Source: Candidatus Woesearchaeota archaeon
Lineage (GTDB): Archaea > Nanobdellota > Nanobdellia > Pacearchaeales > GW2011-AR1
NCBI GenBank assembly: GCA_964482915.1
Contig: CAYZYU010000002.1
Coordinates: forward strand, 3,339-67,338
Length of the DNA: 64,000 nt
Reading direction: 5' to 3'
The position numbers and the translations under genes were made by a program. This document shows, piece by piece, positions 16,197 to 25,645 of the stretch. Each line of letters opens with the position of its first letter. Position 1 is the first letter of the stretch. The notes beneath the pieces were generated by a model. The model saw only the letters and a program-made list of their open reading frames with translations. It was not told where the DNA came from and did not search any database.

Positions 16197-17066
16197 ATGA
16201 AAATAGGGATAATTGGAATGGGTTTTGTAGGGGGAACAACCGCAGAGGTATTTTCTTCTTTCCATGATATTTTTCCTTATGATAAATATAAAGAACCCTA
16301 TTGTTCAAAAGAGAAGATAGAAGAATTAGCTAAACATTCAGAAGTAGTTTTTCTTTGTGTCCCAACTCCTATGAAAATTAGTGGGGAAATGGATTATTCT
16401 GCAATTTATAATTCCTTAGACCTTTTATCAGATGAAGCGAAAAATCAAGGAAGAAATCTTCAGGAAATTACAGTTGTTGTACGTTCAACAGCAGTATCAG
16501 GGACAACAGATAAACTCTCTGAGGTTTATCCTTTCAATTTTACATTCAATCCAGAATTTCTGAGGCAAAAGCACGCTTTAGAGGATATGAAGAATACTAA
16601 TAGGATTGTTATTGGCGCAAATAATCTAAAGGATTATTTAAGGGTAGAAGAGGTTTACAAACCTATTTTTCCATATGCAAAATATTTTCATTGCAGTGTA
16701 AAAGAAGCAGAGATGGTTAAATATACCGCAAATGTACTACTTACTATGCAGATAGCCTCAGCTAATGAGATATATCAGATTTGTCAGGTGACAGGAATAG
16801 ATTATAATAAAATAAAAGATATAATTTTATTAGACGAAAGAATAGGGAGAAATATAGATGTTCCAGGTAACGACGGAGATTTAGGTTTTGGTGGAAAATG
16901 CTTTCCAAAAGATTTACGTGCTTTAACTTATTTAGCAAGAGAAAACGGATATAATGCTTATTTGCTTGAAGAAGCCTGGAGATTAAACGAGAGAGTTAGG
17001 AAAAATAAGGATTGGATAAAAATACCGGGAGCAACTTCAGAGAATAAAGATTTTTCAAATAATTAA
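16197..17066 (+). CDS. UDP-glucose/GDP-mannose dehydrogenase family protein, C-terminally truncated
   Basis: N-terminal GIIGMGFVGG Rossmann and catalytic GGKCFPKDLRAL are present. The ORF ends about 55 aa after the catalytic Cys, and no C-terminal UDP-binding domain follows; the next gene is on the opposite strand. Confidence 0.6.
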   Translation: MKIGIIGMGFVGGTTAEVFSSFHDIFPYDKYKEPYCSKEKIEELAKHSEVVFLCVPTPMKISGEMDYSAIYNSLDLLSDEAKNQGRNLQEITVVVRSTAVSGTTDKLSEVYPFNFTFNPEFLRQKHALEDMKNTNRIVIGANNLKDYLRVEEVYKPIFPYAKYFHCSVKEAEMVKYTANVLLTMQIASANEIYQICQVTGIDYNKIKDIILLDERIGRNIDVPGNDGDLGFGGKCFPKDLRALTYLARENGYNAYLLEEAWRLNERVRKNKDWIKIPGATSENKDFSNN

Positions 17067-17077
17067 TTTTTATTATT

Positions 17078-17632
17078 TTATTTTTTACTTGATTGTAAAT
17101 CACCAAATGCAATATTTAATGCTTTTTCTGTGTATTTTTGAATATACCAATGAAGCCCGTCTTTTATATTTGAGAATAATTCCCAATCTACTATTAAGGG
17201 ATCTTCATGGTTTATATCTAATTTTAATTCTCCCTTTCCTATAGCAAAAAAAGGAGTAGCACTATCATGAACCCCTTTTCCATGTCCAAATGCATCTTCA
17301 CTCCAAAAAAGATCTTCCGGTTCTCCACTAAGACAAGTTAAATCATAAATATCAAGATTGCATTCTTTCTTTATTCGATTAGCTAAAGATTCTCTTAAAA
17401 GGTATCCTCTCCTCTGGCCCCCTCCAAGGCACCATCTTAGGCCTTTTGCAGGTTCCTGCATTCTTTTTATTAATAAAATCCCTTTTTTATTTTCATATTC
17501 TACTAAAGCAAATAGATCATGGCATGGGCGTGGAATAGAAGTAACATCGGCTATATACTTTTCATCCTTGATATCCTCTGGCCTTATTTTCATCACCAAT
17601 TCTGGAGAATATCTTATTTGAGCCGTTTCCAT
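17078..17632 (-). CDS. Nudix hydrolase, GDP-mannose mannosyl hydrolase (Gmm/NudD)-like
   Basis: LLIKRMQEPAKGLRWCLGGGQRRGYLLRESLANRIKKECNL aligns from memory with E. coli Gmm [41 protein letters not shown]. Same strand as and close to gmd, as in colanic-acid type clusters. Confidence 0.5.
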   Translation of the reverse strand: METAQIRYSPELVMKIRPEDIKDEKYIADVTSIPRPCHDLFALVEYENKKGILLIKRMQEPAKGLRWCLGGGQRRGYLLRESLANRIKKECNLDIYDLTCLSGEPEDLFWSEDAFGHGKGVHDSATPFFAIGKGELKLDINHEDPLIVDWELFSNIKDGLHWYIQKYTEKALNIAFGDLQSSKK

Positions 17633-17722
17633 GAATCTGTTGATTTTTTTCCTGTTTATAAAAATAGTAGATATTTCAATATACTCTTTGAAGAATATGT
17701 CTCTCTTTCTATTATTATCTAT

Positions 17723-18331
17723 TTATATGACAATTCCTAGATTATTCAACCACCTAACTAAATCTTCTTTGTTCTTAAATAAATGCGTTTTAATACCAAT
17801 CTTCTCTGCAGGATAGAGATTTTCTATTCTATTATCTATGAAAATGACTTCATCTGAATTCATATTCAACTTTTTTAGTAGGATTTCATATATTTTTGAA
17901 TCTGGTTTTGCAGCCCCAACATCACAAGAAGAGATTATTATCTTAAAATAATCCTTTAATTTGAATTTCTTTATCCTGTATTCATTCCATTCTTTAACTT
18001 CGTTATTTAAGATACCTAAGATATACTTTTTGTTTAGCTTTTGTATAAGATTAAGCATATCTTGATTAATTTCATTGCCTTCCCTAAATAACTTCTTTAA
18101 ATATGTGATAGAAATCCTATTTTGGGATAATTTTATTATTTCTTCTAAGAACTCCTCTTCAGACATCTTACCAGAGACTAAATATTCCTTATTTTTGAAC
18201 CATAATTCATGGAATTTATCCAGATCTAGATCAATTTTCTTTGCTATTTTCTCTCTTCCTTCATATGACCCTCCATCTGAAGAGAAGATAACCCCTCCAA
18301 GGTCAAAGATTATAGCTTTTATACTTTCCAT
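17723..18331 (-). CDS. HAD-superfamily hydrolase (subfamily IA-like)
   Basis: N-terminal IIFDLGGVIF (motif I, DxG) and a C-terminal IFIDN-like motif IV. Confidence 0.7.
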   Translation of the reverse strand: MESIKAIIFDLGGVIFSSDGGSYEGREKIAKKIDLDLDKFHELWFKNKEYLVSGKMSEEEFLEEIIKLSQNRISITYLKKLFREGNEINQDMLNLIQKLNKKYILGILNNEVKEWNEYRIKKFKLKDYFKIIISSCDVGAAKPDSKIYEILLKKLNMNSDEVIFIDNRIENLYPAEKIGIKTHLFKNKEDLVRWLNNLGIVI

Positions 18332-18888
18332 AAATTAAACAATCCTAGTTCTTTTATAACTTTTTCTGGAGGATCTGAAAAGTTAAAATTATACTCTTCG
18401 AAAGTTTGTTTATAATAAGAATATAATCCTCTTAATATAAAATCAAATTTCTTTCTTTGGTAAGGATCAGTCGTTCTCATATTATTATCTTCCACATCTC
18501 TATTTAAATCAAGAGGTAAGAATATTATTTTATCATAAAGATTCTTTCCTTTTTCCATACAATTTAAAATTAATTCGTGATTTTCTTTTTCCGAACTTTT
18601 ATAGAATCTTGCAAACCACCTTGCTCCAAAATCAAATACAGTCTTATCCACAACATAATTTTCTTTTTCAATATCTGATTTTATCTTATCCCTAATTGTC
18701 CTCATATGCCAATCAATCATCCCTTCTTCCCCTCTTTTTTCAAATAATTCACTTCCGCTTTGATATCCCATTTCAGTTAAAGTAACATCATTAATATCTG
18801 GGATATATTTTAGTGAAGTGTGTTTCTCTATAAGTTTACCTAGAGTTGTTTTTCCAGTTCCAGCAACACCAGTAATTGCTATTTTCAT
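18319..18888 (-). CDS. P-loop NTPase, small-molecule kinase-like (AAA_28/NadR-kinase-like)
   Basis: Walker A ITGVAGTGKTTL at the N-terminus, 189 aa, no other domain. Confidence 0.45.
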   Translation of the reverse strand: MKIAITGVAGTGKTTLGKLIEKHTSLKYIPDINDVTLTEMGYQSGSELFEKRGEEGMIDWHMRTIRDKIKSDIEKENYVVDKTVFDFGARWFARFYKSSEKENHELILNCMEKGKNLYDKIIFLPLDLNRDVEDNNMRTTDPYQRKKFDFILRGLYSYYKQTFEEYNFNFSDPPEKVIKELGLFNLWKV

Positions 18889-18895
18889 TTTATAA

Positions 18896-20071
18896 TCAGA
18901 TCCCGTTTTTATCTAGTCTTGATCTATCAGATTCTTGTAATCCATGTTTAGACAAATTATTAAAATCACTTTCAACCATCATTTTAACAAGTTCTTTAAA
19001 ATGGGTTTTTGGTTTCCATCCTAGCTCTTTTTTTGCTTTGGAAGGATTAGCAAGAAGATAATCCACTTCTGCAGGTCTATAAAATTTTGGGCTTACTTTT
19101 ACAACAACTTTCCCATTGCATTTCCCAACCTCCTCCACTCCTTTGCCTTCCCATTTTATTGACATTCCTACTACTTTGAATGATTCTTCTATAAATTCCC
19201 TTACAGAATGTGTTTCTCCAGTGCCTATCACATAGTTATCTGGCTTGTCTTTTTGCATCATTAACCACATTGCTTCAACATAATCTCCTGCATATCCCCA
19301 ATCTCTTTTAGCATCCAAATTTCCTATTTCAAAAAATTCTTGATATCCTAATTTTATCTTAGCAATAGAATGAGTTATTTTTCTTGTTACAAATTGCTTT
19401 CCTCTTTTAGGACTTTCATGATTAAAGAGTATGCCGTTACATGCAAATATTCCATAACTTTCTCTATAATTTTGTGTTATGAAATAACCAAATGCTTTAG
19501 ATGCAGCATAAGGGCTTCTTGGGTGAAAAGGCGTTTTTTCTGTTTGTGGAATCTCTTGAACTTTACCAAACATTTCAGATGTTGAAGCTTGATAGAATTT
19601 GGTTCTAGGATTTAAAATTCTTATAGATTCAAGTATATTTATTACTCCAAGGGCATTTATCTTTACTGTAGATATTGGTTGAGTCCATGAATCAGGAACA
19701 AAGGACTGAGCTGCAAGGTTGTATATCTCATCAGGTTGTATTTCATTTATTATTCTTATTATTGAGCCAAAATCAGTAACATCCCCTTCAACAAGATTTA
19801 TTTCTTTTCTTAGATTTCCTATTCTCTCAAAAACATCCATGCTTGTTCTTCTGTGTAATCCATAAACTTCATATCCTCTATTAATCAATAATTCTGCAAG
19901 ATAAGACCCGTCTTGACCAGTTATACCTGTTATTAGTGCTCTTTTTTTACCAGAGATGCTTTTTTTCTCCCTCGCCTTTAAAGAATTCACCTCTCCTCTT
20001 AAGAGAGTTATATCATTTTTTATCTTTGAAAAAGCTTCTTTTAAAATATCATTTTCATTTTCAAATCCCAT
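18896..20071 (-). CDS. gmd: GDP-mannose 4,6-dehydratase with about 40-aa N-terminal coiled-coil extension
   Basis: RALITGITGQDGSYLAELL...YNLAAQSFV...YAASKAF matches GMD throughout. Extra N-terminal segment MGFENENDILKEAFSKIKNDITLLRGEVNSLKAREKK. Confidence 0.85.
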   Translation of the reverse strand: MGFENENDILKEAFSKIKNDITLLRGEVNSLKAREKKSISGKKRALITGITGQDGSYLAELLINRGYEVYGLHRRTSMDVFERIGNLRKEINLVEGDVTDFGSIIRIINEIQPDEIYNLAAQSFVPDSWTQPISTVKINALGVINILESIRILNPRTKFYQASTSEMFGKVQEIPQTEKTPFHPRSPYAASKAFGYFITQNYRESYGIFACNGILFNHESPKRGKQFVTRKITHSIAKIKLGYQEFFEIGNLDAKRDWGYAGDYVEAMWLMMQKDKPDNYVIGTGETHSVREFIEESFKVVGMSIKWEGKGVEEVGKCNGKVVVKVSPKFYRPAEVDYLLANPSKAKKELGWKPKTHFKELVKMMVESDFNNLSKHGLQESDRSRLDKNGI

Positions 20072-20157
20072 GAAATTCTTAAAAAATTGTTATTTAAAAG
20101 GATATATGGTTTCTAAAATATCTTATTTTTTGTCTCCTTAAACAGTTTTAAAAATGA

Positions 20158-21684
20158 TTGTTATCTAATTCTATAATGAGAGGAAACTCAAAAAATCAAA
20201 ACCTATCCAAAGTAGCTATAAGAGGTTCAGCTTATAATCTATTATCTTTATTAGTTTCAAAACTTGGAGGGTTAATTTTCACAATTATAATTGCAAGAGT
20301 ACTTCTCCCAGAATTATTTGGAGTATATTCATTAGTCTTATCAATAGCAACAATTTTCTTAACTCTTACAGATTTGGGAATAGATAATACTTTCTTAAGA
20401 TACCTCTCTGATTCTATTGGTAAAAAGAATAAGAAGCTTTCAAGAGGAAACTTCAAATATATATTTAAAATAAAAGCAATGCTAATTCTAATTTCAGTTA
20501 TTGTTTTATTATTGGTATCTAAATATTTATCTTATTCAATTTATGAAAATCCTCTTTTATTCTATCCCTTACTTTTCTCTTGTTTATGGATTATTTTTGA
20601 TTCATTAAGAGTATTCTTTTGGAATGTATTTATTGCAGCAAAAGATTTCAGGCCCCCTGTATTTTTTGATATATCTTCTCAGATAATAAAAATCTTATTT
20701 TCTATATTTGCAATATTAGTATTTACAGATTCTATGAAAATATCTGGATTATTTATAGCATTTTTTGTCTCAAGTTTTTTTACTTTGACATTAATATCTT
20801 TTGTTTTACTAAAGAAACACAAATCTTTCTTATTTGGTAGGAAAGAGAAGGTAGACAAGTCAAAGATAACTTCTTACTGGAAGTTTATGGTTTTTGCTAC
20901 TATTTCATTAGTGTTTTTTGGTTCTGTAGATACTCTTATGCTTGGCAAGTTTGTTTCTCTGGAGTATCTGGGATATTATAGAGCCGCTATGAGCCTTGTT
21001 CTTACCTTGGCTTCAATCTTTTCTTTATCATGGGCTTTCTTCCCAATATTTACACAAATAAAAGGAGACAGATTTCACAGAGGATTTAATAGAGTCTTAA
21101 AATATATACTCATATTTTCAATACCTGCAACTGCTGCAATAATCTTTATTGGTAAGTATTTAATTAAGGTAATTTACGGCAACGAGTATCTTCTTGGAGC
21201 AACTTCAATGTATTGTTTATCTCTTTTAATAATTACTACTCCTTTAATAGGGTTATATTCTATAATTTTCCAGTCAAAAGAAAAACCAGAAATAGTTAGT
21301 AAATCTGTTGTTTTCTCTTTAATTTTAAATATCTTCTTAAACGCATTAGCTATATTTTTATTTAGAGAAAATTCTATGCTAACAATTCTAGGAGTAAGTT
21401 TAGCAACATCTATTAGTAGGATATTTTTATTGGGGTTACTTATTCTTTATGCAAAGAAAGAATTTAATTTTAGAGTTAAAGGAGTAGGTTCAAGAGCCCC
21501 AATTTTTGCAACAATAATAATGTCTGCTTTTTTATTATCCTTTAATTATCTTACAGATATGAATCTATTTTTAGGATTGTTAGAAGTGACCTTAGGGGTA
21601 TTTATTTATTTTATATTCTTGATACTGATAAAAGGGTTAAACAAAGAAGATCTAGAATTAGTAAAAGGATTATTTAAAAGATAA
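20158..21684 (+). CDS. polysaccharide/oligosaccharide flippase (Wzx-like, MOP superfamily)
   Basis: 508 aa with about 12-14 TM helices. An N-terminal basic loop followed by the hydrophobic repeat pattern typical of Wzx. Confidence 0.65.
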   Translation: MLSNSIMRGNSKNQNLSKVAIRGSAYNLLSLLVSKLGGLIFTIIIARVLLPELFGVYSLVLSIATIFLTLTDLGIDNTFLRYLSDSIGKKNKKLSRGNFKYIFKIKAMLILISVIVLLLVSKYLSYSIYENPLLFYPLLFSCLWIIFDSLRVFFWNVFIAAKDFRPPVFFDISSQIIKILFSIFAILVFTDSMKISGLFIAFFVSSFFTLTLISFVLLKKHKSFLFGRKEKVDKSKITSYWKFMVFATISLVFFGSVDTLMLGKFVSLEYLGYYRAAMSLVLTLASIFSLSWAFFPIFTQIKGDRFHRGFNRVLKYILIFSIPATAAIIFIGKYLIKVIYGNEYLLGATSMYCLSLLIITTPLIGLYSIIFQSKEKPEIVSKSVVFSLILNIFLNALAIFLFRENSMLTILGVSLATSISRIFLLGLLILYAKKEFNFRVKGVGSRAPIFATIIMSAFLLSFNYLTDMNLFLGLLEVTLGVFIYFIFLILIKGLNKEDLELVKGLFKR

Positions 21685-21711
21685 TTTTATAAATCCGACC
21701 TAATATCCATA

Positions 21712-22593
21712 TTGATGAAAATTTATGACTGTTTTACATTCTATAACGAGCTTGATTTATTAGAGTTAAGGTTGAGCGAGCTGGATAAATTTGTTGATTA
21801 TTTTGTTTTAGTTGAAGCCACAAAAACTCATAGATGGAAAGATAAACCTCTTTTCTTTCAGGATAATAAAAAGCGGTTTAAGAAATGGGAAGATAAGATA
21901 ATTCATGTAATTGTTAAGGATTTACCAAAACCAGGAAGAACATATGGCAATAACTGGAGAATAAATTCACTTCTAAAAGGAGGAGCTTGGAAACCAGAAT
22001 CATTCCAGAGAACCGCAATTGCAAGAGGTTTAACAGATTGTGATGACGAAGATATCTTAATGGTATCTGATTTAGATGAAATACCTAGACCAGAAAAACT
22101 ACCTGAAATGATTAAAGCTTTAACAGTAAAAAATGAAAAGATTGTTTCATTTGATCAAAGTTTTTATAATTTTTTCTTAAATGGATTTACTAGTACAGGA
22201 TGGACTGGTACTAGAGCATGTACTTTTAGAACATTTAGAAAATCATTTAATAAAGATATGAATAGAGTTAGGCATCTTTGGAGTGTTCAACTTCGCCTTC
22301 AAATGCTTCTTGGTAAAAAATTATATATTATTAAAGAAGGGGGATGGCATTTCTCTTTCTTAGGAAATGTAGAGACCATCATAAATAAGATTGCTTCTAT
22401 ATGTCATTCTGAAAAAGACACCCCTGAAAATAAAGATCCTAAAAAGATTTTGGAGAAGATAAACAGTGGACAGTTTTTATATGATAATAAAACAGTAACC
22501 TATGTTCCAATTGACAAATCCTTTCCAAAAACAGTTTATGAGAATCAGAAAAAGTATAAAGAGTATATTATGCCTATAAAACGAAAGTCTTAA
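21712..22593 (+). CDS. glycosyltransferase family 17-like (MGAT3-type)
   Basis: IYDCFTFYNELDLLELRLSELDKFVDYFVLVEATKT matches the GT17 N-terminal signature (compare MGAT3 NHEFDLLDVRFHELGDVVDAFVVCESNFT). Confidence 0.55.
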   Translation: MMKIYDCFTFYNELDLLELRLSELDKFVDYFVLVEATKTHRWKDKPLFFQDNKKRFKKWEDKIIHVIVKDLPKPGRTYGNNWRINSLLKGGAWKPESFQRTAIARGLTDCDDEDILMVSDLDEIPRPEKLPEMIKALTVKNEKIVSFDQSFYNFFLNGFTSTGWTGTRACTFRTFRKSFNKDMNRVRHLWSVQLRLQMLLGKKLYIIKEGGWHFSFLGNVETIINKIASICHSEKDTPENKDPKKILEKINSGQFLYDNKTVTYVPIDKSFPKTVYENQKKYKEYIMPIKRKS

Positions 22594-23500
22594 TTCTTTT
22601 CCAACTGTTTCTCTCTCTTCTCTTTTGTCCTATTTCCTTAATATTTTTGAAATTTTCTTTATATGCTGCAATAAGCATTTTTATCTTTGTGAAAGGCTTA
22701 TTTGCAAATAAAGCAGAACCTATATGAATAAATGTGTGTCCGATTATATTAAAATAACCATAATTTAACCATTCTAGTCTTATTGCATTTCTTTTTTTTA
22801 TCTGCCAAATCCAATCTTTAACATTTTTTGTAGAAGATCCTCCCTTATGGATCATCTTTGTTTTACCAAAATAGACTATCTTAAATCCTTTCTTTCCTGC
22901 TCTGAAGCAAAAATCACTCTCTTCTCTATATGCTGGATTAAATTTTTCATCAAGTAAACCAATTTCTTCAATTACTTTTCTTTTAATTAATAAACAAGCC
23001 CCGATTACCTCTTTTAATTCATAAATTCCAAAGGTGTCTTTTGTTTCTTCAACTTCATTTCCATCACTTAGAAAATGTATCCTTCCATTCTTGAAAAACC
23101 ATTGGAGATTTCCATTAGGATATATTATTTTACATCCAATAATCCCAACATTTTTATTCTCTTGCCCAAAATTAATCATTTCTCTAAGCCAATTTTTATC
23201 AATAACTTCTGTATCATCGTCGAGGTGTAAGACATAATCCGGATTATATTCTTTCATTGCTTTTTTTATTAATAAGTTGTTAGATGTAGAATATCCCTCA
23301 TTTTTGCTGTTTGCAGATACGTCTACCCAAGGGAATTCTTTTTTTATTCTTTTAGCTATTTCCCCTGTTCCAGAATCATCCATAAAATACATCTTATAGT
23401 TTTTATAATTTGTATTATTCCTTATACCTTTAAGGCATTTCTTTAAACTTTCTTCCTGATTAAGTGTAGAAGTTATTATAGCTATTTTAGGTTCTTGCAT
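22574..23500 (-). CDS. glycosyltransferase family 2
   Basis: IAIITSTLNQEESLKKCL, DDSGTGE and DDD motifs of GT-A fold GT2. Paralog of 28851..29783. Confidence 0.7.
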   Translation of the reverse strand: MQEPKIAIITSTLNQEESLKKCLKGIRNNTNYKNYKMYFMDDSGTGEIAKRIKKEFPWVDVSANSKNEGYSTSNNLLIKKAMKEYNPDYVLHLDDDTEVIDKNWLREMINFGQENKNVGIIGCKIIYPNGNLQWFFKNGRIHFLSDGNEVEETKDTFGIYELKEVIGACLLIKRKVIEEIGLLDEKFNPAYREESDFCFRAGKKGFKIVYFGKTKMIHKGGSSTKNVKDWIWQIKKRNAIRLEWLNYGYFNIIGHTFIHIGSALFANKPFTKIKMLIAAYKENFKNIKEIGQKRRERNSWKRIKTFVL

Positions 23501-23581
23501 ATTATAGTGGAGATAATCTCCTTTAAAATATTTAGTATACTCTAATCAAATAATATTTATAAATGAGCTAATAATTTTTAA

Positions 23582-24484
23582 TTGATGAAGAAGATTTATG
23601 TTGCAGGGTGCGGAGGGATGCTTGGAGAGGCTTTTTATGATAAATTTAAACAAGATTTTCAGTTGAAATGTACAGATATAGATGTTAATGACACTTGGCT
23701 TTCTTTTTTAGATTTTAGAGATTTTGAGAAATACAAAAACGATGTTGTTAATTTTAAACCTGATTTTTTATTTCATTTAGGAGCATACACTGATTTAGAA
23801 TTTTGCGAGAATAATCCGGAGGATACGTATAAAACAAATACCGATTCTGTAAAGAGTGCTGTTAATATTTCTAATTCATTGAAGATTCCATTATTATACA
23901 TCAGCACAGCAGGAATTTTTGATGGGAAAAAAGATTTGTATGATGATGAAGACGTTCCTAATCCTTTAGGTGTTTATGCTAAAGCAAAATACATGGGAGA
24001 GAGATTTATAATAGAAAATTCGGATGATTATCTTATTTGTAGAGCAGGTTGGATGATGGGAGGAGGACCAAAGAAAGATAAAAAATTTATCCAAAAGATA
24101 ATGAAACAACTCAAAGAAGGAAAAAAAGAATTATTTATAGTAAATGATAAGGATGGTACTCCCACTTATACACACGATTTTGCAAATAATGTTAAACTTC
24201 TCCTTGAAAATAAGAAAAGAGGGCTCTACAATATGGTCTGTGGAGGAGAGACAAGCAGATTCGAAGTCGCTCATGAGATAATAAAATGTTTAAACTTAGA
24301 AAAGGATATAAAAATAACTCCTGTTTCTTCAGATTATTTTAAAAAAGAATACTTTGCTGAAAGGCCTCCTTCTGAGAGATTAATTAATAAGAAACTAAAT
24401 TCAGAAGGACTTAATATTATGAGAGATTGGAAAGTAGCATTGAAGGAATATTTAGAAAGGGATTATAAAAATTATCTTAAATAA
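23582..24484 (+). CDS. NAD(P)-dependent sugar-nucleotide 4-reductase, RmlD family
   Basis: IYVAGCGGMLG Rossmann, catalytic YAKAKY (YxxxK), RmlD-like length of 300 aa. Confidence 0.6.
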   Translation: MMKKIYVAGCGGMLGEAFYDKFKQDFQLKCTDIDVNDTWLSFLDFRDFEKYKNDVVNFKPDFLFHLGAYTDLEFCENNPEDTYKTNTDSVKSAVNISNSLKIPLLYISTAGIFDGKKDLYDDEDVPNPLGVYAKAKYMGERFIIENSDDYLICRAGWMMGGGPKKDKKFIQKIMKQLKEGKKELFIVNDKDGTPTYTHDFANNVKLLLENKKRGLYNMVCGGETSRFEVAHEIIKCLNLEKDIKITPVSSDYFKKEYFAERPPSERLINKKLNSEGLNIMRDWKVALKEYLERDYKNYLK

Positions 24485-24490
24485 ATTAAT

Positions 24491-25645
24491 TTATTTTACA
24501 TTTAATGCTTTCTTATAAGCTTCAATAACTTTAAGCCCATAGTTTTTCCAAGGGTATTTTTTAGCAAGTTCTATCCCATTTTTAGCCATTATCTTTATCT
24601 TTTCAGGGTGATTGTATAAATATCTAATCTTTTCTTCAAATGCCTTAGAATCTCCAGCAGGTACAATAAATCCTTCTCTTCCATCTTTAATAGGAGTACC
24701 AGAATTTTCAGTAACTATTTGAGGCAATCCTGCAGCAAGTGCTTCATAAGTAACTAATGCAGAACCTTCGGATAATGTAGGAAAAACAAAAATGTCAGAT
24801 TTTTTATAATATTCTAAAGAATCTGCAGCTCCAACAAATTTTATTGTCTTGTTTTTCTGATACTTTTTTACTAAATCCTTCATCTCTTTCATTATCTCCC
24901 CAACCATAATTAACTCAGCATCTTTTAATCTTAAATTGTCCCAAGCTTCTAGTAAATATGGAGCTCCCTTAGCAATTGAGACTCTTCCTACAAAAACTGC
25001 CCTGAATATTTTGTCATATTTTTCTTTTTTAATCTCTTTAAATTTATCTAGATGAATTCCAAATGGAACTGGAACCAATTTCTCTTTTGGAAAATTATTT
25101 TTTATAAAGGATTCATAAGCAAAACCTTGAGGAACCACAACATAATCTGCATTAAATAATTCTCTTAATTGTATTTGTAGATACTTTTCCGAACATTCGT
25201 TTTGTTTTAATCCAAATTCACTATATGCTTTCTCAAGTATTTCTTTATGAGTTTTTGGATAAACTGAAGCATGTTCTACAAATATTTTTGCTCCAAGTTT
25301 TCTCGCTTTTTTTGAGGACAAATAACCATATTGTCTCCAATAGTGAAATATATCACACTTTTCAATTTTTGTTCTAGCGAGTAAATCATATATATAATCT
25401 ACCCAATAGGGTGAATTAAAATTTTTAAACAGATATTCTTGTATTCCTCTAAGAGGATATCTAAAAACATATTTTGCCCATTTAAATGAAGAAACTTTTT
25501 CCTTCGGTAAATTCCTCTTCTTATTTTCTGAACATATAACTTTCTTTAAAATACCCGCTTTGTATATTTGTTCTACAGCATTATAAGAAGTATTACCTAA
25601 TCCTCCACCACCCAAAGGAACTCCCACTGAATAAATAACTTTCAT
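24491..25645 (-). CDS. glycosyltransferase family 4
   Basis: C-terminal FPTLSEGSALVTYEALAAGLPQIVTENSG is the GT4 E-x7-E region. Confidence 0.7.
   Translation of the reverse strand: MKVIYSVGVPLGGGGLGNTSYNAVEQIYKAGILKKVICSENKKRNLPKEKVSSFKWAKYVFRYPLRGIQEYLFKNFNSPYWVDYIYDLLARTKIEKCDIFHYWRQYGYLSSKKARKLGAKIFVEHASVYPKTHKEILEKAYSEFGLKQNECSEKYLQIQLRELFNADYVVVPQGFAYESFIKNNFPKEKLVPVPFGIHLDKFKEIKKEKYDKIFRAVFVGRVSIAKGAPYLLEAWDNLRLKDAELIMVGEIMKEMKDLVKKYQKNKTIKFVGAADSLEYYKKSDIFVFPTLSEGSALVTYEALAAGLPQIVTENSGTPIKDGREGFIVPAGDSKAFEEKIRYLYNHPEKIKIMAKNGIELAKKYPWKNYGLKVIEAYKKALNVK

Noticed and set aside
16197-17066. Truncation of the UGDH-like gene being a frameshift artefact within the window
   Set aside because: No C-terminal-domain coding sequence exists in any frame downstream, because the Nudix gene occupies the opposite strand from 17078. 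The truncation is therefore real at the sequence level. Whether it is functional remains open (kept as a finding).
17358-18338. Antisense ORFs 17358..17621, 17519..17740, 17631..17816, 18075..18338
   Set aside because: They overlap the Nudix, HAD and kinase genes on the opposite strand and have no features of their own.
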